DNA from: Amphiscolops sp. MND2022
Lineage: Eukaryota
DNA length: 64,000 nucleotides
Assembly (NCBI GenBank): GCA_964187785.1
Contig: OZ076418.1
Coordinates: forward strand, 13,392,001 to 13,456,000
Reading direction: 5' to 3'
Positions 12,301 to 25,364 of this stretch are shown here, one piece after another (positions within the stretch are counted from its first letter, which is position 1; each line of letters begins with the position of its first letter). The notes beneath the pieces are model-generated. The model did not search any database. It had not been told where the DNA came from and saw only the letters and a list, made by a program, of their open reading frames with translations. The position numbers and the translations under genes were made by a program.

Positions 12301-13339
12301 ACGCTAAATCCAGCCGAAATTGCCCAAATTGAAGAATTACTTGTTGAATTTCACAATATTTTTGCACGACACCGCTTTGATATAGGTATGAACGAGGACT
12401 TCAAGGTCACTTTGACCCCTAAAGATGACTCTCCTGCCTATAGTCAAAGCTTACCTACTCCTATCAACCTCAAAGAAGATATCCTTGTAGAACTAGCCCT
12501 ACTACATCGATATGGGATTATAACAACTCTCCCATTTTCCAAATATGCAAGTCCCATTTTTGCCCAGAAAAAACCTAACGGCAAACTTCGACTCCTGGTC
12601 GACCTCCGAAAGATCAACAACCTGATTTCCGACGATTATATCAACAACAACCATCCTGTCAGCACACTAACGGATGCTGCGCAACACATGGCAGGCAAAC
12701 GATTATTTTGCAAACTTGATTGTTCTCAAGCATACCACTGCCTTCAGATGGCTGACCAGAGGTCAATCGAGATGCTGGCGTTCAATTTTGCCAGCAGAAC
12801 CTTTGCCTATCGCCGACTTGCCCAAGGTCTAAGCAGAGCGCTGTCCGCATTCTCGAGCTTTATGCGCGAATACCTGGATAAAGTGATAAAAGCTGACCAA
12901 TGCGCTCAGTACGTAGATGATATTGGGATAGCTGCAAACGACGCTACTCAGCTCATCAACAACCTTCGAGCAACGTTCCAGTGCATCAGAACCGCTGGCC
13001 TCAAACTAACGATGCACAAATGCCATTTCGGCGCCAAGGAAATCGACTTCCTGGGACGTACCATCACTCCTGAAGGGGTGCGGCCACAACGACCCAGGGT
13101 CCAGAATTTCTTGGAAAAGACCAAATTCCCTAAATCCAAGAAAGCCCTTCAAAGATACTTGGGATTCTTGAACTACTACCGTAACTACATTCCGAGACTC
13201 TCAGAAAAACTCACACCGTTTTTCAAGTTATTGAAAAGTGATGCAAAATTCTTGGTGACACCCGATCTGTTAGAAAAATTCACCGAGATCAACAAAGCTC
13301 TTGACCGATGTTGTGAACTGGCACTCAAACAACCTCTAC
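9318..13339 (+). repeat. Internal tandem duplication of PR-RT (2 x 2011 bp)
   Basis: 9318-11328 is repeated at 11329-13339. Junction microhomology TAC (9315-9317 / 11326-11328). Confidence 0.95.
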
Positions 13340-15498
13340 CCGATAAACAGATAGCCCTGATGACAGACGCTAGTTTTTCGGCAGCAGGTTATGCAGTTCT
13401 CATCGAGGACGATCCGATGGAAAAATATACTTCGACGCGAAAAGCCTTCGCACCTGTAGCATATGGATCCAAGACCTTTAGTCCAGCCCAACTGAAGATG
13501 TCCATTTATGCGAAAGAATTCCTAGCAATATTCTTTGCATTCAAAGAGTTTGGCCATATCTTCTGGGGGGACCCCGAAACCGGTGATAATACTAACAGAC
13601 AACAAGTCAGTCACTCGCTTTTTTCAAACAAAAATCATTCCACCTACATTGTGGAACGCGTGTGACTACGTTACGCAGTTTAGTTTCACGATCGCTCATA
13701 TACCAGGCAAAAACAATACCGCTGCAGATTATTTGTCTCGTCTTGAAATCTGTCCCAAAGAGAAACTCATACTCCGAATACGGGAGGACATCCCCACCAC
13801 ACCCATTGAACTCAACGTCCAATCGGCGGGAGTCACTGAAGAGGAACAGATCTTCTATACAGACGATGACGAGGAAACCGAAGAACAAATCTGGAAGCGC
13901 AAACAAGATGCCAGGTCAAATCCTATGAATCAACCTCCTGATATTTTGTTAGATCATCTTAGCACTCATGATAATACACAATTCCAACCTCAAAATATAC
14001 AAAAACTGACAAAACCAACCACCATGGCTATAGAACAACAGAACGACCTTATCTTGCATCAATTACGACTCAAACTGCAAAAAGAAGAATACTCTGAAAC
14101 CATCTTACAGCAAGATTCGCGCTACCGACATTACTGCCGTCAAATTGACCGTCTGTCCGTACATGATGACATCATTTTCAGAGACTACTACGATGAAACA
14201 GGCAGTGTCCAATTCCGCCAAGCATTATTACCGAAACATCTAGTCACAGAATTACTTCAATCACTACATGGTTCCGCGAACAAACACCCGGGAATCTCAA
14301 AAATGCTGCACGAAATTCGACGAAAATACTACTATCCTGGAATCGCAAAAATTGTCAAAAAGTGGGTCCAGGGGTGTGAAATTTGTATAAAAGACAAAAG
14401 AATCAACAATGCATCCATAACACCTGAATTACTCAATTTACCTGAAAGGGATCTTGGCCCAGAAGATGCCTTACAAATTGACATTCTGCCCAACTTACCC
14501 CCAAGTGGAGGTTACGAAAATGTCATAACGGCTCTGGACGTGTTTTCGAGATATCTTTTTGCCTACCCAGTAACGGACGCTTCGGCCGTCAATACGGCAA
14601 AGGTCATTATTGATATCATGACAAAACATTCCTACTTGCCGACTACGCTAATCACCGACAAAGGCACTGCCTTTACGTCCAAACTACTAGAAGAAATTAC
14701 CAAAATTTTAGGAATTCACCTTCGGTGCGCGACCACAAAGCATCCTCAGACGATAGGCAAACTAGAACGCACTCATGCCAGCCTTAAGGGCAACCTTAAA
14801 ATGGCATCAGGCGAAAACAGGCGTCAATGGCACAAATATCTCCCATTGGCCGTCCTTAATTATAACACGACCTATCATTCAAGTCTTGGATGCGAACCCA
14901 CCCGAATTTTTTATGGAAGAGTACCCTATAATATCTTAGACTATCGGTTAGGATTAAACCCTAACCCAAAGATCACTCCAACGACTGATTTTGCTGAAGA
15001 ATTCCAAAGACGTACGCAAATACTAATTGATCAAACAAAGAAAAACATCATGCAATCATATTTAAAGTACAAGGAATATTATGACCGAAAGGCTAAAGCA
15101 GCTCCTCTACAACAAGGAGATTTTTGCTTCATTTTACAACCTCTAGCTGACCATCAAGGCTCTAAAATTCCTTTTCGTGAATTTCGTTGGATCGGACCGT
15201 ACGTCATTGAAAAAGTTTTACCTAACGACAACTATATTGTTCGCAAACTTAGTACTAACAAAACGCAGATATTACACCGAATACGCCTTAGAAAATACAC
15301 TCCAAATACTACCCCACAAGACATTCGTCCCGAAGGAAATTTACAAGCAGACGATGAAATTATTATTCCACAAGATGATCTGTACATCATTTCATGGGAA
15401 ACCAATTTTGACGATTTCCCTCCTATTTCTGAAAATCGGACTGTTACTAATGAACTCCCTACCAATTCCGATGAACAAGATGCTATAATCACAGATTT

Positions 15499-15693
15499 GG
15501 ACCCACGGTCCACGCGACGGCAAACAAATACTGACGCCGCTCACGCTGATGATACTGATAGTGACTCACGCTCAAACGAAATAAACGAAGCGGACCTTCG
15601 GTCCGCGCGACGGCAAACAAATACTGAGGCTGATAATACGGAGCAGTACTCAAGAAACGCACACATTGAGGACCGTCAGTCCGCTAGACGGCA
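15499..15693 (+). repeat. Three copies of the 24-nt motif GGACC-N3-(G/A)GTCC-N4-GACGGCA in the pol tail (two more in gag at 7377 and 7434)
   Basis: Copies at 15499-15522, 15592-15615 and 15670-15693 with identical spacing. Confidence 0.85.
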
Positions 15694-15971
15694 ACAAAGT
15701 ACCGAATCTGGAAACGATGAATTGATCAATCAGGACTTTCCTAGAGATGAAAATTCAGAAATTTCAACTTCCGGGGGGAACGATACAACCGTGCCCGATG
15801 TATTAATTGAAGAAACTGATGATTATGTTGTAGAAAATGAAAGTCCTAGGGGAGGGAGATATAACCTACGTCCCAATCCTACCCCCAACTTCACTGACGA
15901 ATACAGATACTAGTTAGAACATGTAAATTCACTGGCCCGACTCAACACCTTTTGACTCTCCAATTATCTTT

Positions 15972-18900
15972 TTATGGGCCTCGACTGACTTGTAGTCCAC
16001 AATAACAGATCAAACACAGGCATAAAATAAACAAACTCAAAACTGCCAACAAACGAAAGACTACATAAATACAAATAAACACAAATGTACATATGGAACA
16101 ATAAATGTCTTTAATGCCAGAAGAAGAAAACATCTCACTGTCTGATGGTCGCTTGACAGGCGAATTTTTGGTACTAGAGGAAGGGAGACTCTTAGTGACG
16201 TCGCGGCTCTTTAAGTCCTTAAATCGTAGTCTTCGGGCGTCAGATTTCTGGGTATTGTGCTTAGGCTTCAGAGCAGAAAGAATGCTGGACCGATTGAAAT
16301 AATTCAGGCCCTCCCAATGATCATATGTGTCAGAAAAGGCAGACCCACCAAAAGTGGGTTCAAGGGCCAGGAATTCAGAAATCGATGGAGCAGCAGTCAA
16401 GATGTCTATACTATGGCCCACGTTTATAAAGAAAGACTGCACTGGGAGAATAATGTCGATCAACTTGCTCTTTGGATCATCCGTACGAACAGACCCGAAT
16501 TTCACAGTGGGCATATCTGTATAATCCTCGTCTAGACACAGGCAGCTCAGCCTGAAGATTCGTGCAAGATGTGGACGATTTCGCAGCGCCTCATGCTTCG
16601 AAATGTAAGTGACAGCGTCAGTGATAATGACTCTAGGTTGGTCCAAATCGGGTAGCTCTTTCCTTAAATCATCCAAAAAGGATAAATACTCTTCCACGTA
16701 AATGGACTCCTCGTCGGACTGGAAGTACCCACGAAGTTGGAAGCTTCGGAACAACTGCTTATAACAATAAAGAGCCTGACTGAGAGGACATCTGAACATG
16801 ATGTCTAAATCGAACGATCCAAGTCCTTTCACAATATCCGACGTGAGTTGAAGATTGCTCTGCGCAGAATGAAACAAATAAGCGACATACGCTCTTCCGA
16901 GTCTGCCGAAGTCTTCCTTAGCTTCCTGTATTAGTTTAGGGAGGTTGGCACGACCCCCCTTTTTGTCACTCAGCTCCCGTTCAGCCTTGATCTTGCAAGC
17001 GACACTCAGTCTCTGCTCCAACTTGGACCGCACGATAAAATCGGTGATTGAAAGAGCCCTGGTATCCGAGACGGAAATGCTGAGGATTTCGGACAAGTCA
17101 TTTTCCTGTGGAAGACCTTTGGGCCGCATGCAACGCCTGCCAAGCTTGAGAAGAAACTGACACAATTGGCGATAAATGTGAAAACCGTGGTCCCGTCTCC
17201 CAACAAGGTGTGGCACAAAACTAGTAGTGTCTAAACAACATACGTTAATGTACCCATGAAATTTACCACTACAATGCAACCAACGAAAGGATACTACTAA
17301 CAGTCCCTGACTAGTCGGTAAAAGAGCTCGAGTCGGCAGAGGAATAGTTCGTCACTGAGCATTGCTCTCTCCAGATTTTGTGGCTAAAATTCCGGCGGGT
17401 TACATAAAGGATCCAAATTAGACCTAGGGTCAGTATGACGGCAAAACTTACTTGTTTTCTCACTCCCATCATTTCATGAGGAGGAGCATAGGCATCCAGG
17501 TAACTTGACACATTAGACCAATGGGAGAGAAGCTCCTGACAGAGAGTCGGCAAAGTACCCAGTTCAATTTGACACGTTCTCACGGCCTGAAGGAACCAGA
17601 TTGTTAAGCCGCAACACAATACAGAACATTGAAAACGATCAAAAACAACCAACCTTTGCTAGAACTGGCGTTAGTAAGGTCCAATCCTGGTCGAGGCAGC
17701 CTCCTAAGAAGACAATCAAGTACTGTAGTACTGAATGAAAGTCGATTCGCCCAAAGACGCTATAACTCTCCTTGTGCATAAGTTTGGCAATAGAGAAATC
17801 AGCAAATCGAAGTGGGCGTTGCAGTCCATGCTCGTTTATTGGGGAGTCATCAATAGACTGAATTGTCTCCAGTGTACTCCCGGAACAACTGACGATGTTA
17901 GGAGAGGTTGAAAATACAGCCATGACGTCACTTATGAGATGAAGTTCAGCTGCGGACTGACCAAGAACCCGACCTGTTCGCTTGAGGAGGACCCGACACA
18001 GTTCATCTTTTCGCCAGAACCGCACGAACACCAGTAGAAAAACTCCTTGTTTTACAAACTCCAAGGAATACTCTCCTGACTCAACTATGTGTGTCCCGAT
18101 GTCATGTAGAGCCTGCAGGAAGAGGTGATGGAAGAGAGCCTGAAAACAACAACAACTTGTTAGCCATCTTTAACCTAAGAGTCAAGGACGGACACAAGGT
18201 CGGTATGACAGCAATAAAACACTAACCGACAGACGTTCTTTACTCCAGTCAAAGTCTGTGATTAGAGCCTGGTGATTGACAACGACACCAATGTCTCGCC
18301 AAAGGTTTCTTAGGGCACTTATGTCTCCATGGGTTCGTAAGTAGTGACCAAGAACTGACACCTGGACCTTTGCTCTATTTTCTGATGAAGACGCCATATA
18401 GTCAGTGCCCCTCAAGTAGTCGTCATAGAAAGGGAGTTTCTCGCCAATATCAACAAGCACGACATCCTTGAACTTCGGTAACTCCAGTTGCAATTGGTAT
18501 GGAGTAAGGAGTTTCCCATCCCTACCACGAACGTGGTGCTTCACCACCTTGGTCACTGGGTCCTCAGTGGCAAGGTGTTCGTATCGCCACCTCTGGTCCT
18601 TACGAAGATGCCGCTCTGTAGCATGGTGACGTAAGATCTCTCGGGCTCCCCGGCCATAAATTGAGATATTGCCTTTCTAGATTTGGCAATAAAATTTATA
18701 AGGGTTCCACCGAGGATCGACCGGCCCTGACACAAAAGTCTTTGTCCATTCCATGCCGCCCTTAAAGTACGCTTCTTTCATTATCTTACAGGAACGTGGG
18801 ACTCGGTGTCGATTGATTGTATTGCCCGTTGTCGCCCTCTTGCGTGGCCGCTTCCGGGAGTTAGACTTTGACTTTTCAGCGACAGCTTCAGCTTTAAGCA

Positions 18901-20349
18901 CTGCTAGGGTCTGGGCTCCGGGACTATCCACCTGGAATTCCGTTTCAGCGGACCGTGAGTCAACTCGACTGCACCCAGGAGGGCCAACTGGAGGTGGAGT
19001 GAAGGGCCCACTCTCAAAGTCGGAGTGTTCGTACTCATACCCGATACTGGCAAAGTCATCAGAACTCCTCAGTACTCCACTAGTGTCGCTGGCATCTCCT
19101 GACATTGTTCCGGATTGGGGACCGGGTGTGGACGCTCGAAACGCTGATTTCCTGGATTGCGCTCTACCAGCGGGAGAAGCTAGAGTCGTCCCAAGGTTTA
19201 GCCTGCTTGTTCGCTCTATCAAATTCTCCATTGTTTTGAGGGAGGACTTTACGGCTTCATCTGCAACAGCTCTCAGGATACAGCTTACCTGATTCTCATT
19301 GAGTGCTAAGGTCGAGTGGCCAGGTGGCAATGCAACTGGGTTGGTGGTTTCGAAACATTCCTTTACGAGGGCACGGCTACTTGCTGATAATTGGTGACTC
19401 CTGGTCACCTCCTCGGGGAAATCCATAGAGGTCAAACTGTCTGCATCACTGACTCTAAGTCTGCTTTTATCCACTGGGGCATGCAAAGCGTCAGCCACTG
19501 TCGACCCTACTGGCCCAGCAGATTCCTGTCCAGCCTCGCTAGCGGACCTATTAGAAGGGCTGTGAAGGACTACGGTAAGGCGGTCATTCAGCCTAAATTC
19601 GTCTTCAGAAGCTGAGAAACCTTCAGTGTTTGACGGACCTTCAGTATCAGAGGCGGAAACAGAGAACTCTCTTCTAGAGTCCCCAATCTTAACGCACAAT
19701 TTCTGGATTTTTGGCTCTGACGGCTTATACATCGACTTCAGATTACTCTTGTTTGGATTTTTTGGAGGGTCCAGAAAAGCAACTCTTGGCACAGAATCGA
19801 CACTCTCGGCCTCAATTTGATCAGGATGATTTTGAGTAGGAGCCAATTCCAACGTAACACTGTCACTGAATTTCTCAACATTGCCGCCACTTGGACCTTG
19901 GGTACTGTCTTCAGGGGTGACACCCAATTGTTCCCATTTTCGAGCGATATACGCCCCGCAACTTTCGTCAGTACTGCTGCTCTCCACATTGGCACTTCCA
20001 ATTGCGGTTAGAGGGGTGACAGTCAACTCAGTCTGTTCAGCTGGTAAAGTTGGGGGGATCCATCTTGACTCATTGCTTGTACCCCAGTTTCAACGGAATG
20101 GACTAAGGAACCGACGACAGTGTTCATAGCGGACTGCACGTTAACAGTAGTGTCCATCTCCTCCTGGCTGGATTGGGGAATACGTACCGACGAGGGACTC
20201 CCAGCGTGCGAAGAAGCAGTCACAAACGACTCACTAGTATCCATTCGATCTTCCCCTTCCGCGTTCAATTGGAGAGGTCGGCCGTTTGACTCATTATCTA
20301 AACGAAATGAGATAAATAAGCGCGGTTCACTTCCTGAAAATGTATCCAT
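15972..20349 (-). pseudogene. Antisense spliced Zn-finger/hAT-like accessory gene, copy 2
   Basis: Exons 20349-18227, 18139-17654, 17586-17452, 17383-17302 and 17230-(~16100; reads through to 15972). Lesions: G-run frameshift near 20053, TGT>TAG in the Zn finger (18677) and loss of the normal stop. Confidence 0.85.
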
Positions 20350-21103
20350 CTTAGCGCTTTTCAAAAATTCTTCCGGAAGTTCTTTGACTCAATGTTCATG
20401 CTTCATGCAAACATTTCACGATGGAGGAAGTGACTTTGTTAAAATTAAGAGCCTTGATCAAGCCTTGTTTTAACACCTTTGAAAGAACCAACCTGATGCA
20501 AATGCCATGACGGGTTTGCAGAATTGATGTGATCCTTTTGAAACGCACAAATTAGTCCAGAAAAGGGTAGATTGTTTAGCTGTATCCAAATAGTAGTCGA
20601 CGGACAGTCCACTTTTAGGTACGATACAACTCTTCCAAAATATTCATAATCAAAGGAGAGAACTCGATACTCTGTTCAGAAAAGCAATTAATCGTGCCAA
20701 GAATGACAATTAGCAAGAAGAAGTGGTTTAACCACAAGTAGGTAATTAATAGAAAATTTCAAAAAATCACCGAAAGCGATAACAGACGATCAATGAACGA
20801 CTCAAGGTCAGAGAGACTATACAGATTACGGGTAATACAGTATAGCTCAAGTGATGCTGCTTGAGAAGACAATTAATAGACTGAAATTGAAGTTAGTGGT
20901 GAATATTGCACGAAATGGGACGTAACGTCAACCTGACGGCAGTGTGTTACTAGTTCGCGATTAAGTATTATTAACCACTACCAATATGTTGGACTATGAG
21001 TCACCTCGACGGCACGACTTTAATTGATACCTAGTACACTTCTCTTCTCACTAACTTGACCCTCCAACTACTACTTCTACTAATTACTAATTCTTACCAT
21101 TAA

Positions 21104-21250
21104 NNNNNNNNNNNNNNNNNNNNNNNNNNNNNNNNNNNNNNNNNNNNNNNNNNNNNNNNNNNNNNNNNNNNNNNNNNNNNNNNNNNNNNNNNNNNNNNNN
21201 NNNNNNNNNNNNNNNNNNNNNNNNNNNNNNNNNNNNNNNNNNNNNNNNNN
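21104..21250. other. Assembly gap or masked run (147 N)
   Basis: N run at the position of the (TAT)n tract. Confidence 0.99.
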
Positions 21251-21757
21251 TATTATTATCAATATTATTATCACTATTGCTCTTACTTTAACTATCATTT
21301 GGATGTCGTGGCTACAAGTAAGATCTACGCTTATGTTACCATCTCTTCCTTTATGTTAATCAAACTCTACTACTCATAGTTCATGGTATGGAATCTGCCA
21401 GTGAAATATTCATGGACTTCTTTACTTGTTTCACTTTATTTCACTCTCTTCACCTAAAAAATGCATCAAATTACTTATTTCATTTCACATTCATAAAGTT
21501 ATTCGTCATATTTTACCAATCAATCCAGTGGTATTTGATTGGTTATCATCATTGCTGCCGTCGAAAGGAGCGACGGTCTTTCAAGTTAATTGTTGACGAA
21601 GAATTAAGAGAGACAACACTTAGATTGTCAAGTGACGCCTTTGAAGAATAAAGTAAAACAACTTGAAGAGGCAATTAACAAGCTTCGCAGATAAATTACT
21701 CGAAAATTATTCGAGACTCCGCTCTTAATCGAAACCTAAATAGGAAATGTGAAAACT

Positions 21758-22753
21758 ATGATTCGGGGAAAAACCCCGCGCCCAACCCCCGCCAAAATTG
21801 GGGTTGGACCTGAAGTCAAGAAGACGGCAGGAAATTACTTGCCTCCCAAACTTTGTGAAACTCAGTTGCTACAAACCTTGTTTGTCACAATTGCTAAAAA
21901 ACTTCTCATTCAACGTTTCTACAAGGAAATGTCTCTACAATTTTCTTTGGAGGAACACGATAGACCTCTAGTTAGCCTTTCGTACCAGTCATCTGATGAA
22001 GAAATGGAAGTGGACTCAGTGTCCATTGCAGACGGACCTGACGGTCAAGATTCAGACGACGACATACAAGTTCTTGCTTGTTATCGTGAAAATATACCCT
22101 TCCCTCCACAACTCACCGCGGGTCGGGCAATGACTACAGAATTAGCTCATTGCTTGAACGACCTGAACATACCAGATGACGATTTAATTGGATCAGTGAG
22201 CACTTTTACAGACCCGTCACAAGACTTGCTCGATTGGTGTGTTGGGGGCCCCCCAAGAACCTCTTATGGCTCAAATGCGGATGACCACCCAATAACGTAT
22301 TGTGGCCAGCTAAACCCAATACGGGACTCCCCATGGTCACCTCCGCTAGACGACCAAGGACCCTCAGTTGACACCTACCAGCCTATGCAACCTCACGGTT
22401 TGGCAGACTCATGGTATGGCAACTCACACATCACGGGCCTAGGAATTAGCGTCGGGGGAAGCTGTGGCCAACCGAATGAGACGACCCAAACTGGTTGCGT
22501 GATCTGTGGGAAATCATCTGCGGACATTAAAGAAGAAATAACATTGGGGTACCTTGAACAGACACACATTCCCGGAGAAACTTATGAGCAGCGGATTGCT
22601 AGACGTGATGCATTCCAGGCAGGTATGAAAGCAGGGACGTTCATACTTGTACCGGGGGGAGTGTCGCAAGCTGCCGCTTGTGACGGCATCCTATACCAAA
22701 TGATGCCAGAAGGTAATGACACGCCACCAGCCCCCGGGGTACTACCTATCTAG
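21758..22753 (+). CDS. Accessory sense ORF, copy 2 (intact)
   Basis: Near-identical to 5140-6135. Confidence 0.65.
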   Translation: MIRGKTPRPTPAKIGVGPEVKKTAGNYLPPKLCETQLLQTLFVTIAKKLLIQRFYKEMSLQFSLEEHDRPLVSLSYQSSDEEMEVDSVSIADGPDGQDSDDDIQVLACYRENIPFPPQLTAGRAMTTELAHCLNDLNIPDDDLIGSVSTFTDPSQDLLDWCVGGPPRTSYGSNADDHPITYCGQLNPIRDSPWSPPLDDQGPSVDTYQPMQPHGLADSWYGNSHITGLGISVGGSCGQPNETTQTGCVICGKSSADIKEEITLGYLEQTHIPGETYEQRIARRDAFQAGMKAGTFILVPGGVSQAAACDGILYQMMPEGNDTPPAPGVLPI

Positions 22754-23369
22754 AACAAACTCTGAAACGAACTTTAGCATTTATTCTGATAGTTTAATAT
22801 TTGTTTCATGCATGTAATGACCGAATTATTAACGCTAAACATGCAATTTCGATGTTACTATTTAGACCAAAGGTCAAACTGACAGCATTTAATCTGTGCA
22901 TTTATTCAATTGCTATTATTGATTTGTTACTATTTAGAATTTCCCATTGATGAAATTACTTGCAATTAATCTGAACCTAAAGTACATCACTTAGTTAACG
23001 ACGCAATACTTAGCAAAGTAACTCAAGTGCTGTTAAACGGTGTTTAAAGAGTTCCTTAAGACACTTTTCTTAGCTAATTAACTAGTACTCTACTGCAGTC
23101 AAATTGACGTGTGGTCACAAGTACCTGTTGACCAATCAGAGTGAAGTACCAGTCTATCATTGCAGTCATGCTGACGCATGGTCAGATTTAGAATTTCATT
23201 GAGTATTGATGTTACCAATGCATGAAAGGTTGATTTTAACCTGAATTTGAATACATGTAAAGATACCCACTGTTTGTTTGATGCTATTTATATCTCTTCA
23301 TTTGTGTGACGTAATGTCAAAACCCTCAGTCTATTTTTAGAACTAGTGACCTAATAATGAAATCGGGGC

Positions 23370-23505
23370 TATATTTAGAATGATATCACCCTAAATTTAG
23401 TTCCTGACACGCAAAATATTGCGTGTCATGCAGTGTAAACTATATATACGCGGAATTTGTAATAAGAAGACACATTCATTCATTGATTGAAAACGCTACG
23501 ATACA
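23370..23505 (+). repeat. Candidate shared LTR, copy 2
   Basis: Homologous to 6752-6887. Confidence 0.4.
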
Positions 23506-23566
23506 AAACTGTTTGATTTGTTACTGTTGATTAATTCACTGTTGGAATCAAATCCATTTCTTGAAA

Positions 23567-25362
23567 ATTCCTTCAACTAGAAAGCAGAAAGCAAGAGAGA
23601 AACGTTCTAGACAGTCTGACGTAATGTCAGATATTGAAAATTTAGATGTGATGCTTGGAAATTACTCAAACAGCGAAGTTAGAGACCAAAACACGGTAGG
23701 TCAAATAGAAATTGACCCTGAGTCAAATAGACGGCAACAAAGTTTCGGGCAAGAAGAAAGCAACTATAGATCTCTTTTGAATACAAATTTGAGTGAGAAT
23801 AGTGAAATTACAGTAGAAACTAGTAGAGCAATTAGTTCAGAAATTTCTTCACAGATGTCGAGGAAATTGGAAGAAATGAAATCTGATCTAAATTCCCATA
23901 TTATGGAGGTAATAAACTCCGCTATCTATGAAAAAATACTACCGAGCATCGAAAATGTCATAGTAAATCATAGGGAGCCTAAGAACGCGAAATTGGACCT
24001 TCGGTCAGATGGACGGCATCCGAGTAGAAATGTCCCTATGGACCAGACTTTGGACCTTGGGTCATATGGACGGCATAAAAATAAATTCAGCCAACAGGCC
24101 CAGGACTCAAGGGAGAATTTTCCTAGACTAAACACAATAGCAATTAACCTTTCAAATCATCAAATGGAATGTTTGGAAGATTCTGAACAAAGTAAATTGA
24201 TGAAGGTTATGACATGGTGACAGGAGCCAACCTTACTCCACATGTAGTCCCTGAATTTCTGACCGGACGTCCCACGCAGTCCAGAAACAAAATTCCCCAT
24301 CAACAATGCGTCAACGATGACACATTAGATACCACTCTCCCGGCACAGATTCCCTCAAACCCTATCAATGACCGGGAAATGCAGCCCCAAACACCATTAG
24401 ACCCCATAAACAGACTTGCCGATGTCATTATGGGAATGAACAACAAATCATCAGCACAAACACTGATGGTACGACCAGTCAATACTGCCACACTTACATT
24501 TGACGGCAAATCTGAAAAATTTGAACTGTTTGAAGACCTTTTTCACACGGTGATAAAGATGCAACCCGAGATGACGGAAGCAATGAAAATTAATCACTTC
24601 CATTCACTGTTACGCAAAAATGCCCTGCAAACCTTCCGCAACATCAGTTCGGCAAATAGACAAACCTTAGAAGACGTACTAGCTGTGTTCCGTAGGAAAT
24701 ATGTCAAACCTGAATCCCAGGCAACTGCCAAACATAAATGGCACAAATTGGTATTTGACCCAAACACAATGAAATTGCCCGATTTTCTCGAGGAACTCAA
24801 TCAGGGCGCCGAAAAAGCCTTTGGCGAGCACGCACAAGCCATGATTGACAGTCTGCTATACGCAAAACTCCCACCGAAACTCAAACGTTCAGTCAACATG
24901 GCGCGATTAGAGAATGCCACCTATGAAGAAATTGTCACTCATCTCGAACGAGAACTGGAGTTGAATGGACTTGAGGAAGGCGACGACATTCCCGTTCCCA
25001 CAATGTCAACAGCCCCGACAGCCACACGACCGGGTCAAGGACTCCTTTCATCAGGCATTGACCCAGGAATAACTTGCAACTACTGCAAAAAACCTGGACA
25101 TGTCAAAGACGATTGCCGAAAACTAAAACGAAAGGAAGAGCAAAAACGCAACGAAGGCTCGAGTACCAAAAAAGAGTACCCAAAGTGCCCGACTTGTGAC
25201 AAAACCAATCACCCGGCGGAGAGATGATGGAAAGGCGCTGGAGCCCACCTCAAGCCCAAAAACCTCAAATTGGATAGTCCAAAGGATGACGACACGACCA
25301 GTAGTCGTGATGACCCCACCAATAAACCCACAACTTCTATCCTTAAAAACTCAAAAAACTAG
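23567..25362 (+). pseudogene. gag: gag, copy 2 (disrupted)
   Basis: Start codon ATG>ATT, 1-nt deletion near 24196, and TGT>TGA in the second zinc knuckle (25225). Confidence 0.9.
25353..25362 (+). promoter_or_regulatory. -1 frameshift slippery site A AAA AAC TAG, copy 2
   Basis: The pol frame is open from 25347, overlapping the last gag codons in the -1 frame. Confidence 0.75.
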
Positions 25363-25364
25363 AT

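Larger units (their letters stand above)
8724..15913 (+). pseudogene. pol: pol, copy 1 (PR, RT, RNase H, integrase), disrupted
   Basis: YVDD, TDAS...AADYLSR, HHCC finger, D-D-E core and GPY motif. Broken by a 2011-bp out-of-frame duplication and an extra G near 13570. Confidence 0.95.

Noticed and set aside
9443-15513. Short minus-strand and alternate-frame ORFs inside pol (also 26084-30139)
   Set aside because: Antisense or off-frame shadows of pol.
15300-15913. Chromodomain at the integrase C-terminus
   Set aside because: The tail is acidic and low-complexity with short repeats, and no aromatic-cage motif is visible.
15972-17279. 435-aa and 392-aa minus ORFs as stand-alone genes or a tyrosine recombinase (DIRS-like element)
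   Set aside because: The first 16 residues are intronic, no R-H-R-H-Y signature is seen, and the element has a DDE integrase.
21080-21298. ORFs spanning N runs (also 35707-35934)
   Set aside because: Artefacts of gap translation.
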